Positions 36,938-49,699 of a stretch of 64,000 nucleotides of DNA are shown one piece after another. Location: contig NC_134474.1 in assembly GCF_964194025.1 (NCBI RefSeq), forward strand, positions 54,250,001 through 54,314,000, given 5' to 3'. The stretch's first letter is position 1; each line of letters opens with the position of its first letter. The position numbers were made by a program, and so were the translations under genes. Source of the stretch: Convolutriloba macropyga (taxonomy: Eukaryota). The notes below the pieces were generated by a model, which worked only from the letters and a program-made list of their open reading frames with translations, made no database searches and was not told the DNA's origin.

Positions 36938-39900
36938 CAATAGGGCGATGCGTAGCTGATGACAGCGACGACTCTGCTTTTATACAGATTGAGCTTCGCA
37001 CTAACTCTCAGCTTGGTGAAGACGTTCCTCCTAAGCAGATTGAGGGATCCGTATGCCTTGCCAGGCCTTCTCGATATGTGTTCTGACCATGACAGATTTG
37101 ACGAAACTATGAGGCCCAAGGTCAGGTGACTATTAATCGCGCCGTTTGACTCGTTGCAGAGCTTGTATTCGGGTTGCAGCCCCGAGACTATCAATATCTT
37201 GGTTTACTTGGGTGCAACTCCATTTTGTTGGCCAGTGACCAATTCTCCAGGTTTGCCAAGGATCGTTGAAGGGACGCACCGCTGGCTAAGAGCTTGCTGT
37301 CGTCTGCCATGAGGAACCATCACGAACAAATCATTGATAGCTTCGGGAAGATCGTTTATGTACACCAAGAAGAAGAGCGGCGGTCCTAATCTACAGCCTT
37401 GGGGTACACCACTTTCTGATGACTTGGCATCGTCGATTTGAAAAACTGGTCTTCGATCATGTAAGTAGCTTTCGATTATTTTGAGCAATCGAGAACTGAC
37501 TCCTAGAGCTTGAAGTTTTGCTACTAGAATGGAATGATCCACTTTGTCGAAGGCTTTTTTCAGTTCTAAAGAGACAGCATGAATTGCCTTCGAGCTGTCC
37601 TTGCTCTCTGCGATTTTGTTCAGAGAGACCAGAAGCTGGAGTACAGATGATCTGCCTCCGCGAAATCCGAACACACTCGGAGATGTGGGGTTCAACAATT
37701 TCGAGTAGTTTGTTGTAAATGCATTTCACGAAAAATTTGCTGACACAAGATAACAAAGCAACAGGTAGTTAGCGACCTTGTCTTTGGCTCCTTTCATGTG
37801 CAATGGCTTAATGCAAAAGAGTTTCCAGCATGAAGGGAATTTGTCGGTTTCTTTTGCTTTTCTGAAGATGGAGGACATGGAATTGGCTAACCCTTCCGCG
37901 CAAACTCCCAAGAAACATGGGGGAATGCCGTCATAACCCGTTGCCTTAGTGATGTTGAGCTCTCTTAGTATTACGCATAGTTTCTCAGGACCTGTGTCAA
38001 AGTCACAAACGAGTGAATGTTGGAGGTTCTCACTTTCGCATGTGCCTCTAGGGTTGTACACTGAGATGAAGTACTCATTGAACATGTTGGCTTTTTCTAG
38101 CGCTGTTCTGGCTTTCTGGTATGCTTATTTCATTACAAGCGGTAGATCAAGTGCCCCTTTGACTCGCTTCAGATGTTTGAAGATTTTCTCTGTAGAACGT
38201 CCGGAAAAAAGATTGTCTTGATATTCAGATAGATCCTCCTCAGACATGCGCTCCATATCAGGTTTCAGCTGCGCAAATTTGTATTTCAGCTTTTCGGTTA
38301 TTAAGCTTTTTTCAGCTCGGGTTTATGCGGTTTTGAGCCTCCTGGTGACGTTGGAAATGGTTGCAGTAATCCATTGAGGCAGTGATGATCATTGTGCAAT
38401 TTTTCTAGGAACAAATGTGTCCAATTTGGATTCTAACCATTCGTGCCAATGTTGAACCATCAGCGCAGGGTTTGTCCAGCAGTATGGAATGAATGGATCT
38501 TCTGTCAGTGCTTTTAGAATACCCTCTTTTTCCATTTTCTTGAAATTAAAGAGGCATCTACTGTGTGATTCATTGGTGTCCTTCTGTGTGATTCATTGGA
38601 CATCAAGGTGTGGATAAAGAGCGATTCGTGATCTGACATTGTCTGTCATCCAAGATTGGTGACGGATATGTGCTGACTGATACGATAAGTGATGGGCTAT
38701 CTGATAAGCATACATCAAGAATGCGATCGTTTGTCTTGTTTAATTGAGTGAGATTGAAATCTAGAAAGATATCAACACACACTTGCTCACAAGAGTTGAT
38801 TCTCGACATTTCGTCCCAGTTGACTGTTGATAACTAATGTCCCCAGCAAGGATAATGAGAACCATGGGAAGCATAGAAGAAAGTGTGCTAAGAAGAGAAC
38901 GAAAAAGGGCGGAGGGCCAGAGGTAATTTTAGTTGCGTGGAGGATTACAGACACAATGATTAATAAAAGAGGTTTCGCAGCCGCTGACGTTCTTGTTCTC
39001 AGGGAATGTAATTTCTTCGAAGTAAATTGAAGAGCAAAGTCCAATGAGAACTCCTCCATGTTGTCCATGATCTCTTTTGCTTCTAACCAAATGATAATCA
39101 GGTAAGAAAAGTTCCCCATCTTTAAAACTAATTTCAAGCCAGATTTCGCATAAACAAAGAATGTTAAATGTTTTCAGTGAAATACCGAAGGACCGGAGCG
39201 TTCTTATATTACCACCCACAAAAAGTGGTGACAAAAAATTATGATATCACAAATGAGATCACCCAACTCAAACTGGTGAACGAAAGACTGGATTAACAAC
39301 GTCATAACGCATTTCGCTCCCTATAAACTTTGCTAAACATTTCGGCAAAGTGTCCCACACATAATTGTTCTGCAAACTGCAACAAGCTGATAGTCGCTTG
39401 ATTAAAATGTGCGAAAAATCTCAAAAGTTGAAAACATTGCATACGCCTCGGTTGCACAAAAATAGTGCAAACATCCACAACCACAGTATGAGTGGACTTC
39501 AGTTTGAGGGTGTTAACATACTGTTTCTATCATCAGTAACGTAGGTGAGAAATTGGATCTGTTTTTGATACCATTTTTAAATAAATCAAGTTTTAATAGA
39601 TTTTTGTTTCAGTGAAAGGCTCGATCATTAATCCAGTATCCAGGTTTAAAGACTAATGGAATATACAAGGCAGAAGAAAAAAGTGAAGTTTTAATGGTCT
39701 CACATAGTGTTCCAATGAATCAGTTTTGTTACTGCATTAATGACCTTCAAGATATATTTCAATATTTCCTGATAAAAAAATCAAACACAACTTGTAAAAT
39801 GTCGTGATTATCTAGTCTTGAAGCGTTTAAAATTATGAAACTCCAACAACAAACTTCAGTTTGCTCAAAGAACTGTTTCCTATCATTCTGGAATCCAACA

Positions 39901-40090
39901 GGATTTTAATTTGAATAACAAATCCCAGCCTATCAGAGTCCATCAAAGCCCTAGCCAGTAACTACAAAAAACCTAGCCATAGATCATATATCTTTATAAA
40001 TATAAAGTCTAAGAAAGTCCCCTCTTCGCGGGAGGATGTAAGCTCATTTGCTAGTTTTGTTTGGGAGGTTGATGAAATAAGTAGTGACAG

Positions 40091-43000
40091 TCACTGAATG
40101 ATTTGCTTGTTCACTTTTCCAATCGCCTCTATGAACCTGCTGAGGGATTGAGAGTCATCGTAAGTCAGATTGAGCTCTTCAATGCTCTCTGGTCTGTAGT
40201 GGTCCCACAGACGGCAATAGAAACAATGAGTCGAGTTTTCCTCAGCTGAGCCGCACATACACAGGTGTGATGCACTCTAACTCAATCTCCATTCTGAGAA
40301 AAGAGGGTTGTTACCAAAAACAAGGCTGCCTTTTCTATTGGCTAAGAAAAGGATTTCCAAGGATCAGGGGGCTCCTGCTGTGGCAGTCTGGCTTTGTATT
40401 CCTAAACATTCTCAGGACAGCAAAGTCATCAGGTGAGGACCATCTTCTAAGCCACAGTTCACTGATGAAAGCAGTGACCGACTGAGTACTACATCCTTGT
40501 GAAGGACAGTTACCCGTGACATTTTCGAATCGTCTCAGACAGCTTTCGAGGAGATGACCTGTCGATCGCGTGTGACCAGGTGCGTTGAAGTGAGCTTCAG
40601 CCACTATATCCGGTTGATTCCGTTTCATTTTTGTCAAAAACTTTGCTCTAATGCTCTGGAACAGAATATCTAGTGGGGGGATTCCAAGCAAGATTTCACA
40701 GGCAGACACTGGCGGAGATTTTTCGAATGAGAATGTGCACAAATTGGGGAAGCATAGATGATTTGCAGTTGGATAACGGTTTTGAAAAGGAGCGTCTGAG
40801 TGTTAAGTGTGAGATCCCATCGCTTCGAACATTTCCGCCGGTTTGAGTTTCAACTTTTCTGTCCTTTACTGATAGCATAGTAGAGATGATTCTTCTATGT
40901 CAGTTGTCCTGTAGATGAAAAATCCTAGTGACTTAGTGAATTCTTTCGTTTTGCACAATTGACCGTTAAGATAGATTGTAGATGGTATGGCCTCATCTGT
41001 GTGGAGTGACAATTTTTCTGTTTCTGATCCGTTCATTTTCATCGTCCAGTTGAAGCAACAACTTTCTATTGAATTGCACAAATTTCCAAGCTGATCTGCC
41101 AGTCTAGCTGGAGAATCCGCATGAACCAGCACCGATGTATCGTCTTCATATTTGAACACTTTGTGCGGGCTGATCAAGAAATTTTTGATAAATAAGATGA
41201 ATCGGATCGGCAATAAATAGCTTCCCTCAGGCAGACCGATTTGGATTTCGAATTCGTCAGAGCAAAAAGAGTCAATCTGAATGTAAGCTTGCTTTTCTGT
41301 TTCGTAAGAATGTTTATATGAGCTTCAAAAGATTATTGCTGAATCAATAGCCTTTGAGTTTATAGAGCAGACCGTTGGTCCAAACACTATCAAAGGCGTT
41401 TTCCATGTCGATATTTACTAGGGCGCTAGAGTGGCTATTTTTCAGCTTCTCCGTTTCAAGGTGAAGTTGGTACAGCAAACGAACTGTGCCTCTGCGAGAT
41501 CTAAAGCCTTCCTGGTGTTCTTCAAGAAAATTAAATCTATCGACGTGTCGTTTTAGTGTGTGCTCGATCATTCGCTCAAAAACCTTTCCAATATGGAAAG
41601 CGATTGATACAGGCCGATAACTGGAGGGGACATCGTATAGTTTTTTGTCACCTTTTTTAATGAATATCACTCTAGAGGCGTAGAGGTGTTCCAGGGCCAG
41701 ATATTTTTCCTAAGGCACATATTGAGAGTCTTCGTAGGATCTCTATAAATCTGGCGCCGACTCTCTGCAGCATTTTAGTATGTATCTGATCATTGTCCTA
41801 AAAAGAGGAGCGAAGGCAATTTCTTAGAGCGCGGACATGTTCGCATTCGCAGAAGCCTTTGGAGAGGGGATCGTTGTCCGTGGTATGGAAAAAGCTGGAT
41901 GAGGTGACTAATGCTTTGACGTCAGCATCGTAAACTCTATTGAACAATTTCAGTTTGAGGTGCCTAGCTTCGAAGAACGTTTTTCTGTATTCCCCAGCAA
42001 TTTCTTTGGGTGAGCAGAGGTATTTTGCTTTGTCGTCTTTTACTGGTCCGGACGTTCCAGCCTTGAGTTTGAAAAATCGGTTATATGCCGCCAGAAGTCT
42101 TTGCCTTTTTTTGTGCACCAGAACCATGAGAGTATCTGACAACCACTTAGAGGAGTGTTTGCTAAGAAGCATTTTGAAGTACTCTCTTGCTGTATCGGGC
42201 TTAGCCCCGTTACTTGGATTAGAGTGATACTTGAACTTTTTTCTAAGGTATCGGAGATTGTGACTGGCAATCGTGAGTTCATCGTTCCAAAACGGTTTGC
42301 TGTGTTTTTTGGTAGTCTTGAAGGGTATAGAACTATCGGTCGCTTTGCGGACAATTTTTACAAGTTTTAGCCAGAGGGCGGTGCGATCAGCTTCTTGTAT
42401 GATTTCTAGTTTCCTTTCGATAAATTCACGCCATTCTTCACTTTTTTTTTCACGCCATTCTTCTCAATGGTTTTCTTTGAGAGCGGAAGGTTATTGAAGG
42501 GCGGCTCAAAACGACTGTGACGGGTGTAGGCCCCCTTTTGGGAGCCCCGGTGAAGCGCTCAACATCTTCATCGGTACCCAGAGTGAAGGTTTGGCTGGTG
42601 ATTTTTCCCGATATCAGGCATAGGTCAATGGCGCTGTTAACGTTGCAGGCTAGAAAAGTGGGCTCACCTTGTTGAGGATTTTGACACTTAAGTCAAGTTT
42701 TTCGTCTTGTACATCAACATGGGGTTAACTTTGGAATTACTCCAGTTATTATGTCGGGCGTTACAGTCACCTAGTAAGAGAAGCCCTTCCAGCTTATGGT
42801 ACTACACATACTCTTGAGCTTTTCTGTGCTGAGAAGGCCATATTTTTAACAGCGTTACTGAGTTGGGGCAAATATACGCCGTTGTGGCTAGAATTTTTAC
42901 ACTTTTTATCAAGACGACGATCCAGACAATATCAACCTCAAGTATTTCCAATTCTAAAATCCGAGTGTATGAGATACTCTCCAACAACAAAATGACAACG

Positions 43001-43182
43001 CCTCTATTATCGTGGGAACATTCGGCAATGAAGTTATCAAAATCATTTTTCTCAACAAAGGTCCTCGTTTCGTTGAGAAATCAAAGAGACTGTTTCGTAT
43101 TGTCCAGATATTAAGTTAAGCAGTGATCACTCAGTCCGTTTATATTCAGTTCCAAAAATTTACGTTCATTACCACCCGTCAT
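40091..43182 (-). pseudogene. LINE C ORF2 (APE-RT-CCHC), many frameshifts
   Basis: Starts MTGGNERKFLELNINGL (ATG at 43182, overlapping the ORF1 end); fragments 42802-42990, 41344-41670, 40866-41213, 40335-40742. Confidence 0.85.
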
Positions 43183-44362
43183 TTCCGATAGGGAGATGAT
43201 TCATCAGTTTTTGGATATTGGTTGGCAGGGTTGTACCTCGCGATGAAAATAAGTTTGATATACATTTCAGTTATGAGGGGCACTCAGTCGCATCAGCTTT
43301 GTGATTAGCGTTGCAGTTAGCACAATAATGAGGACTATTCTTTCTATCAAAGTTTTTGAAGTTGTGGTTGCCCGAGCAATGATCACATCGAGGTGTTGAC
43401 TTGCAGTTTTTACTAACACGCCCAAAACGTTGGCACTTAAAACATCGCAGGACTTGTATCGAACGTTGTTAGAAAATGATTGGTCTGTAAAACAAGCTTT
43501 CGATGATGATGCCAACTCTGATTGCCCTTTCCGCGTCGTTGAGGTTTTTGGCAACAAACTTAACGGTTTCCAGTTTAGTTCTGTCTTTTTTGATGAACCT
43601 GGATGCTTTTATGCCTTCGAAATCATTCGCCAGGAGCTTATCGATTTTCGAGTCTTCAAGTTCAGTGTGGGTATGCCTTTGATGAGCAGGCTAATGTTTG
43701 GTTTTTCGGGGTCAACTGCCTTTTTGAATAGCGTTTAAGAGCCGACGAAGTTACTCTTCCAAGAGGTCAAAAACTTCTTCCGCCTCGTGTTTCGTGAAGA
43801 ACTCTAGATGTATGTTGCATCGAACCGTGTGAAACGCAAACAGTAGTCGCTTGAGAGGGAAATGTTTAGAAATGTCCTATTTGATAACTACACTGTTTTC
43901 GCAAGAGTTTTTGACACGATTAGGATTTTTGACAGGTGTCTTGATACTGGTTTATCAAACAGTCTTGTTTTTTGTCGCGGCTTGAGCAGGGACAGCGGCA
44001 TTGTCCTTCGTTTTCTCCGCAAAAGTTGGCTTTGTATCTATTTGGGCTTGAAAGGCTTGTATAGTGGCAGTCATGTCTTTGATTTGGTTCTGCATTTCCA
44101 GTAGCGTGGCATTGTCGCAATTTCATTGATCTACAAAACCACCACGTTTTTGGATCAAAAGCTTGAATTGGTCTTGTTGAATGACAATACATTGCTGGGA
44201 CACGCAGTTTTTGCATATCCTTTGTACGGAGCCGTATTTCGCTCGAACAGTTAGATCCGCAGAGTCAATGTTGGCACAAGAACCATGTAGCCACTCTTGG
44301 CATTTATCACAACAGATAGCAAGGTTGTTGTTTCTGTCGAAGTTTTCCAACATTTTTGGCAT
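43169..44362 (-). pseudogene. LINE C ORF1: N-terminal PHD + C-terminal gag-like zinc knuckles
   Basis: ICCDKCQEWLHGSC..RICKNC; manual translation of 43280-43460 gives RCFKCQRFGRVSKNC-RCDHCSGNHNFKNF-CANCNANHKADATEC. Confidence 0.85.
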
Positions 44363-44487
44363 TTATCATCAGAAGTTGAAGTTAGATTGGCCCCCTCATG
44401 GTGAATTCTCGCACCCTCACCCCTGCAGGCAACTTCGGGATAGCTATATCCCTTTAAAGTCATCGTTACGGAAAAAGGAGAGAAAAC

Positions 44488-45132
44488 TCACCTAGGCTTG
44501 AGAGAGAGCCGTTTCTTCTTGCGGAATCTGGACTTCTTGGACTTCTTTTTCTGCCTTGTGACACCTGGCTGGGTCTGCCGATTATTGGGTCGGTTTTTCT
44601 GAATGAGACTTTGTAAGTTGTGTAATCATCTGAGGATAAGAGAGCTAAGTGTTTACTCGATGGTAACTGCCGGGTGAGTGTTGGTGAGGTTCTCCACAAA
44701 CTCACGGTTTCTCCGGGTCGGCTGAGTCAGTAGGTGTTTTGTGACCTGAATCACTAAAATTTTCGTTGATTGAAGTGCCGTTAGAACATTCGGAGCCAGC
44801 TTACGTTGCAGGTAAACAATCGCAACAATGTTGTTCTTCAGGCGTATCAGGTCTGCAACGAGAAACTGTACGGTGTAGGATTTCTGCGATGGTTTCCTAG
44901 GATGGCGCCAATCAGAGTTATTGATGGAGTCGTGCCAGATAATTAGTTTTTCCTTGGAAAGTTTGATGTATTGTTCTGCTCTCTGGTTAGGGTGGCATTT
45001 AGGGTGGAAGGTAAGACCGCTGACAGGTATAGTATGTTGCCTAATTGCTCGTTTGAAACCAATAGAGATCTCTTTGCTTCTGTCTTTAATAAGATAATTC
45101 AAGGAGCTGGCTCCTAGCAAAATAACCATCAA
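44488..45132 (-). pseudogene. ORF0 of LINE C: SGNH/GDSL-hydrolase-like protein with a basic tail (two in-frame stops after the 159-aa open part)
   Basis: ILLGASSL, SGL, WHDSINNS, IVAIVYLQR, THPAV; frame continues past the stops into RQKKKSKKSRFRKKKRLSLKPR*; homologous to 3-515. Confidence 0.7.
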
Positions 45133-45360
45133 GGAATGAACTCACCAAACAAAATAGAGGATAGAAAATTGTAGGATAGAAGGTTGGGAACGTAGGCTGG
45201 GTTGAAGGCCCACTTGCTGCGACAGACCAACAGAACAGCCCCAGAGACCAGATAGCCGGATCGTTCCAGCAGCGATACAAGTGAGTTATTGTTTACTACA
45301 ATCAGCACAGTCCATCTCTGAAACTATTTAACAGGTTTAACAAGTTTACCATTTAGCAAG

Positions 45361-45361
<1 letters not shown>

Positions 45362-45445
<84 letters not shown>
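45362..45445. repeat. (TA)n microsatellite
   Basis: Direct reading, ~42 units. Confidence 0.98.
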
Positions 45446-45446
<1 letters not shown>

Positions 45447-45694
45447 CTGTCCAAAAGCTGAGAAATTTGATGAAACGAACAGCGAACTTGAGTAAAATAG
45501 TAAGATCAGAGTCCATAGAAGAAGCAGACAAACTCCATTTTAGAAAACGCATCAATTCTCAAAACTAACATGGAGCCTAAATGATTATTTAAATTGATGA
45601 TACTACCTATGTTAACTTACATATTGCCAAGTCATCACATAACCAAAAAATCCTTACGCTGAATCAACTCAAAACATTCCAGGAAAGTCTTGAA

Positions 45695-45904
45695 ATGATT
45701 GTTCATCCCGTAGACCTACTGAACAAACAAGGATCTTTCAAGAAGATAGAGTTCAACCCGATTTGGATTGTTTTGAATGACCTACTGGAGATATTTTATA
45801 GGTGCCTATCCTTAATATTTGCTGATGATACGAAATTAACAAAGGCAAGCAACAGCAAAGTCCTGACTAAACTGGACCTGAAGCATTTATATTTTTTGCA
45901 GTAA
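45695..45904 (+). pseudogene. Short relic of a CR1-like RT
   Basis: LNDLLE..LIFADDTKL. Confidence 0.6.
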
Positions 45905-45992
45905 GTAATAGTTTTTTTTGCAGTTTAATTTTGTTAAGACCTTTTGGCTTCGGCATGCTCGTTTTTTTCCGTTACTACTTTACTTATTAGTG

Positions 45993-48821
45993 ATGCCTAA
46001 GAGAGACAACGTTTTTTGCAACGCCGAAAACTGCTCTGAGCCATCTGAATTATTAAACTGCATTCAAGGCACCTTTTGTAGAACTTGGTACAATGGTGTT
46101 TGCGAAAACTTAACTCTCTGTGAAAGTGAAAAACTAGAATTTTAGAAGTGTAAAATGTTCCAATGTTCGGTTAATAGCAGATCAAGCGCGTGTTCTATTG
46201 AGCTCATCCTTGAGAGTGTGATGAAAACCTCAAAAGCTCGGTTTTTGAAAAGAGTTCCCAAAGATTCACGTGCTCCTGCGGCTAACTGCTTAAACAAAAA
46301 AATTGATGATATAGGCAGATACCCGAGCGTGTGTCGTAGTTGGTTGTCTTTTTTTAGTGCCAACATGTCTTTTTGTGTCTTTTTCTTTTTGGTAAAAAAA
46401 TAACAGTATCCGTTCTGAAATCAACCCAAAAATTACTATGCAATAATATGACCTTGCCGACTGCTGATATAAATAACTCCAAGGTTAAAAACGACTCGGA
46501 TTTTTAAAAGCGTATAAAACTGATTTCAGCCAAACTCTGATGAAGGCAATGTAAAAGCGGGAAAAAGTTTAGCTAGCTCTGATAATTCTTTTGCTCCTTG
46601 TAACACTGAAAACTATGAAAATTTGCCCTCTAAACATTCGAAGACTAGCTGTATTAATGTTCCTTCCCTTGAAAATATAGACGGTTTTATAGCCAGCGAG
46701 TACGAAAAAAAATCTTTTCCAAATAGGTCTGGCGCTGGCCCCGATGGCTTAGCTCCTCAGGTTTTGAAAGATCTTGCATGTAAGTCTAATGGAAGTGTAA
46801 TCTTGCGTTGGTCTCAAGATTTCAAAATAGTTTAAAAAACTGGCGAATGTAATTGCAAGTAACAAAGTCCCAGAAAACATGAGATTATTTTTCTTTAAAG
46901 CCAAACCAATCACGTTAGTTAAAAAAGATGGTGGTCTACGGCCCATTGCGATAGGCAACACCTTGCGCAGAGTTGTTGCAAAGTGCGCTGGATACAATGT
47001 CTCAGATGAACGAAAGGAGTACTTTAGAAAAACCTAAGTTGGCTGTGGCACTCGCAAAGAAGCAGAGATCGCGGCCCATCTTTTCCAAAATCTTCTTCAA
47101 AATCGTCTCCTAAAACGTATATGTTGCTTAAGATGGATTTTAAAAATGCATTTAATTCCCTGAAAAATCAGATTGTGTTGAAACATGAGCATGCCATAAG
47201 AGCCAGTGTGTATCCTTTTGCCTTTTTAGCCTACAGCAAGCCTGGTTTCCAAATGTACGGCAATACAATCATCTCATCTGAAGTGGGGACGCAGCAGTGG
47301 GAGCGCGAAGCCCCTCCCCTTTTTGCAGAGACAATTCAACTACTTGCGATTGATATGCAGTCAAAAATTATTAAATGGTATGATTACAAATTTGTGTTGA
47401 AAGATCTTAAGCGGGTTATGAGCTCTGAAAAAGATCTCCGTTTAAAACTAAATTTTGCTAAATCTGAGCTCTGTTTTTTGGAGATCCTACTGTCACGCAG
47501 CATGACACATTTCTGCAAAAATTTTCAAAAAGTATGGCCCGGTGAAAAAGTGACAGCTAAAGAACAGCTTGTTATTTTGTGTGCCCCGCTTGGATATGAA
47601 GTTAAGCGCGACCTTTTGTCTACTAAAATAGAAGAAATTGGCCAATATCAAACACTGTTGATCCTCTAGACGCAAACTATGGTTAATATCTTCTGCGAAA
47701 CTGTTTTAGCATGTCCAAATTGTTTTATTTTTTGAGAACAAGTACCAGTTTTGCTCTGAAACGCCTACTGATAAAACATGACGATTTTTTGAAGAAAGCT
47801 CTAAGCAAAGTAACAAGTGTGTAATTCGTTGATATTCTGTTCACTCAATCACTTCTTCCGTCCTCAAAGAGTGGTTTAAGTGTTTCCTCTGCGCAACTAC
47901 TTGCTCTTACCGCTTTCTAGCTGCAGCAGTAGGTGCCCATGAAGCACTCGAAAAGCACATTGGAGTAGAGTTCGAAGTCAAAGATATCATTTGTGGCCTG
48001 AAAGAGTTTTATGCAGTAACAGGAACCCTTGAAGCACCAGACAACGAACATCAGAAGAATTTGTCCAAGTTTATGTATCAAAAGTTCTTACTGATTTGTT
48101 GACCAAGATAGATGAGGACGGATGAAACGGTTGAACGCCTATCCAGATAAGATTGTGTCACAATGGCTATGTATAATACCTTGCAAAAATCTTCATCTTA
48201 AGTTGTCAAATCAACAGTAGAAAATTACTGTAAGGCTTTTCTTGGATTCAAAAAGTTGTGTCTCATATGTGTTTGTGGTAAAAAAAGTGGAAGCCTCGGG
48301 ATTGCATGTGCTTTCTTGTGTAACGAGGACCACCTGTTAAAACAAATTTTAGCCTCTGTTCATGTTCCCTCTGTCTTAGAACCAGATCATCTCTACAGAA
48401 CCGACAACAAAAGACCTGATGATATGATTCTTGTACCCTGGAAACAAGGCAAACAGCTTTTGTGGGATGTAACTGTGGTGGATGCTCTGGCTTCCAGTCT
48501 TTTGTCTGATGGCTCGCTTGGTAACCCTGGAATTGCTGCCACGGAAGCCGAGGAGAGAAAAAATGACAAGTAAAGACATCTTGTTGAAAAAGATTATTTT
48601 GTTAAGCCTTTAGCGTTTGAAGTTCAAGAGTATGTGGGACCGTCAACAGAGGAGTTTTTGAAAGACCTAAGTAAATCCCCCTGTATTATGAATAATGAGC
48701 GTAGAGCTGGCAGTTTTTTTTTAGACAAAGAATCTCCCTTGAAATCCAAATAGCTAATGCTGCTTGTGTATTGGGTACTGTTAACGACAAATCCAAATTT
48801 GACGAGATTCTTTATTTGTAA
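45993..48821 (+). mobile_element. CRE-clade-like non-LTR retrotransposon 'E' (single ORF: PHD-RT-RLE endonuclease), degenerate
   Basis: N-terminal CNAENC..FCRTWYNGVC; KRVPKDSR; GAGPDGL; KKDGGLRPIAIGNTLRR; KMDFKNAFNSL; GTQQ; RLE KRPDD..PWKQGKQLLWDVTVVD..EERKNDK..PLAFEV..NAACVLGT. Confidence 0.88.
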
Positions 48822-49699
48822 TGTTTTTCTGAAAATGTGTTTTCAGCTAATGTTCGTAGCGCAGCTGTTTTTTTTGCTATTGTCCTGTCACTCAATCTGT
48901 CATTGTTATCGTTGAATTCCTTCTCTGTTGTTGAATTCCTTCTTTTGAATTGTTGAGAATGCCCATGCTTTTGTGATGACAGGTCCTTTTAACTGACTGG
49001 AGTCCCTAGCGCTCCTAATGATATTTTCTCTACAGTCTGATTTTTTTTAAAAAAATGCGAGATATGGAACTCAAAAAAATGCAGTTTGCAGTAAGGAAAT
49101 TAGCTAAATGGTTACAAATCCACAAAACTGAAACGCTAAAATTAAACTTCGAAAGATCTATCAAAAGAAGACAGCAACCCCTGTTTTATGGGATGCCTCG
49201 TGCAATTAAAAGACAACGGACTACCAAATCGAATAACCAAAATTCAGATTGAAAATTCTCAAAGTATACGTATTTTTTCGACCCGCTACAACTTGGGGAA
49301 ACAATCCTCCCGAAATTTTGAGTGCCTAGATACAGCAAAAACTGCTCGTTTGGCTCTTGTGTACTGCGGCTCTCATCCGAGCTCGAACTTGTAGGGCGAG
49401 ATCCAGCTAGATATTGCAGAGGGAATCTTTCAAAACATATCGCAACCATTTTCAGCACAGTTTTCAATCAACTCTCAGTACTAAACTACTGCCAATTGAC
49501 TTCAGCTGCTTAAAATTGTGAGTACAGGCAAACTTTTTATGCAACAAGTAAATTCGGTAAATTGATATTTGGTTATCTTCGTGCCGAAGAAAAAAATCAG
49601 AATATCTGTGGTTTCTTCCTACGGAATATCTAGTGGCCACATAATCCATCTTTGTATACAATTACAAACAACTGATTTCACACAAATAACAACATGCAT

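Larger units (their letters stand above)
32568..39234 (-). mobile_element. LINE B, unit 4 (interrupted by A)
   Basis: Copy of the unit 1 features. Confidence 0.88.
5207..39933. repeat. Tandem array of four near-identical ~8.68-kb units (starts 5207, 13904, 22575, 31260)
   Basis: ORF sets recur with periods of 8671-8697 bp; junction CCCAGCCTAT|ATATATTGGTGC at each boundary; last unit ends CCCAGCCTAT|CAGAG at 39933. Confidence 0.98.
39990..45360 (-). mobile_element. I-group-like (I/Nimb/Loa/R1-type) non-LTR retrotransposon 'C', degenerate, with upstream ORF0; ends approximate
   Basis: ORF1 PHD + three CCHC knuckles; APE (LNINGL, LLGDCNA, SAID); RT (SYRPVSI, QEGFR, DMENAFDSVW, YEDDT); SPPVSACEILLGIPPLDI and a C-terminal CxC..H..C finger; no RNase H seen. 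Confidence 0.82.

Noticed and set aside
5207-39933. Tandem Helitron or tandem active retrotransposon array
   Set aside because: No TC/CTRR ends, terminal hairpin or Rep/helicase; unit boundaries do not coincide with LINE ends; lesions are shared between units
45361-45555. ORFs with poly-YI, poly-Y or X runs (also 4874-5295, 6962-7159, 56524-56900)
   Set aside because: Artefacts of microsatellites and N gaps
49055-49513. Possible 3' remnant of another CR1-like ORF2
   Set aside because: Only a vague resemblance; no diagnostic motif to support a call
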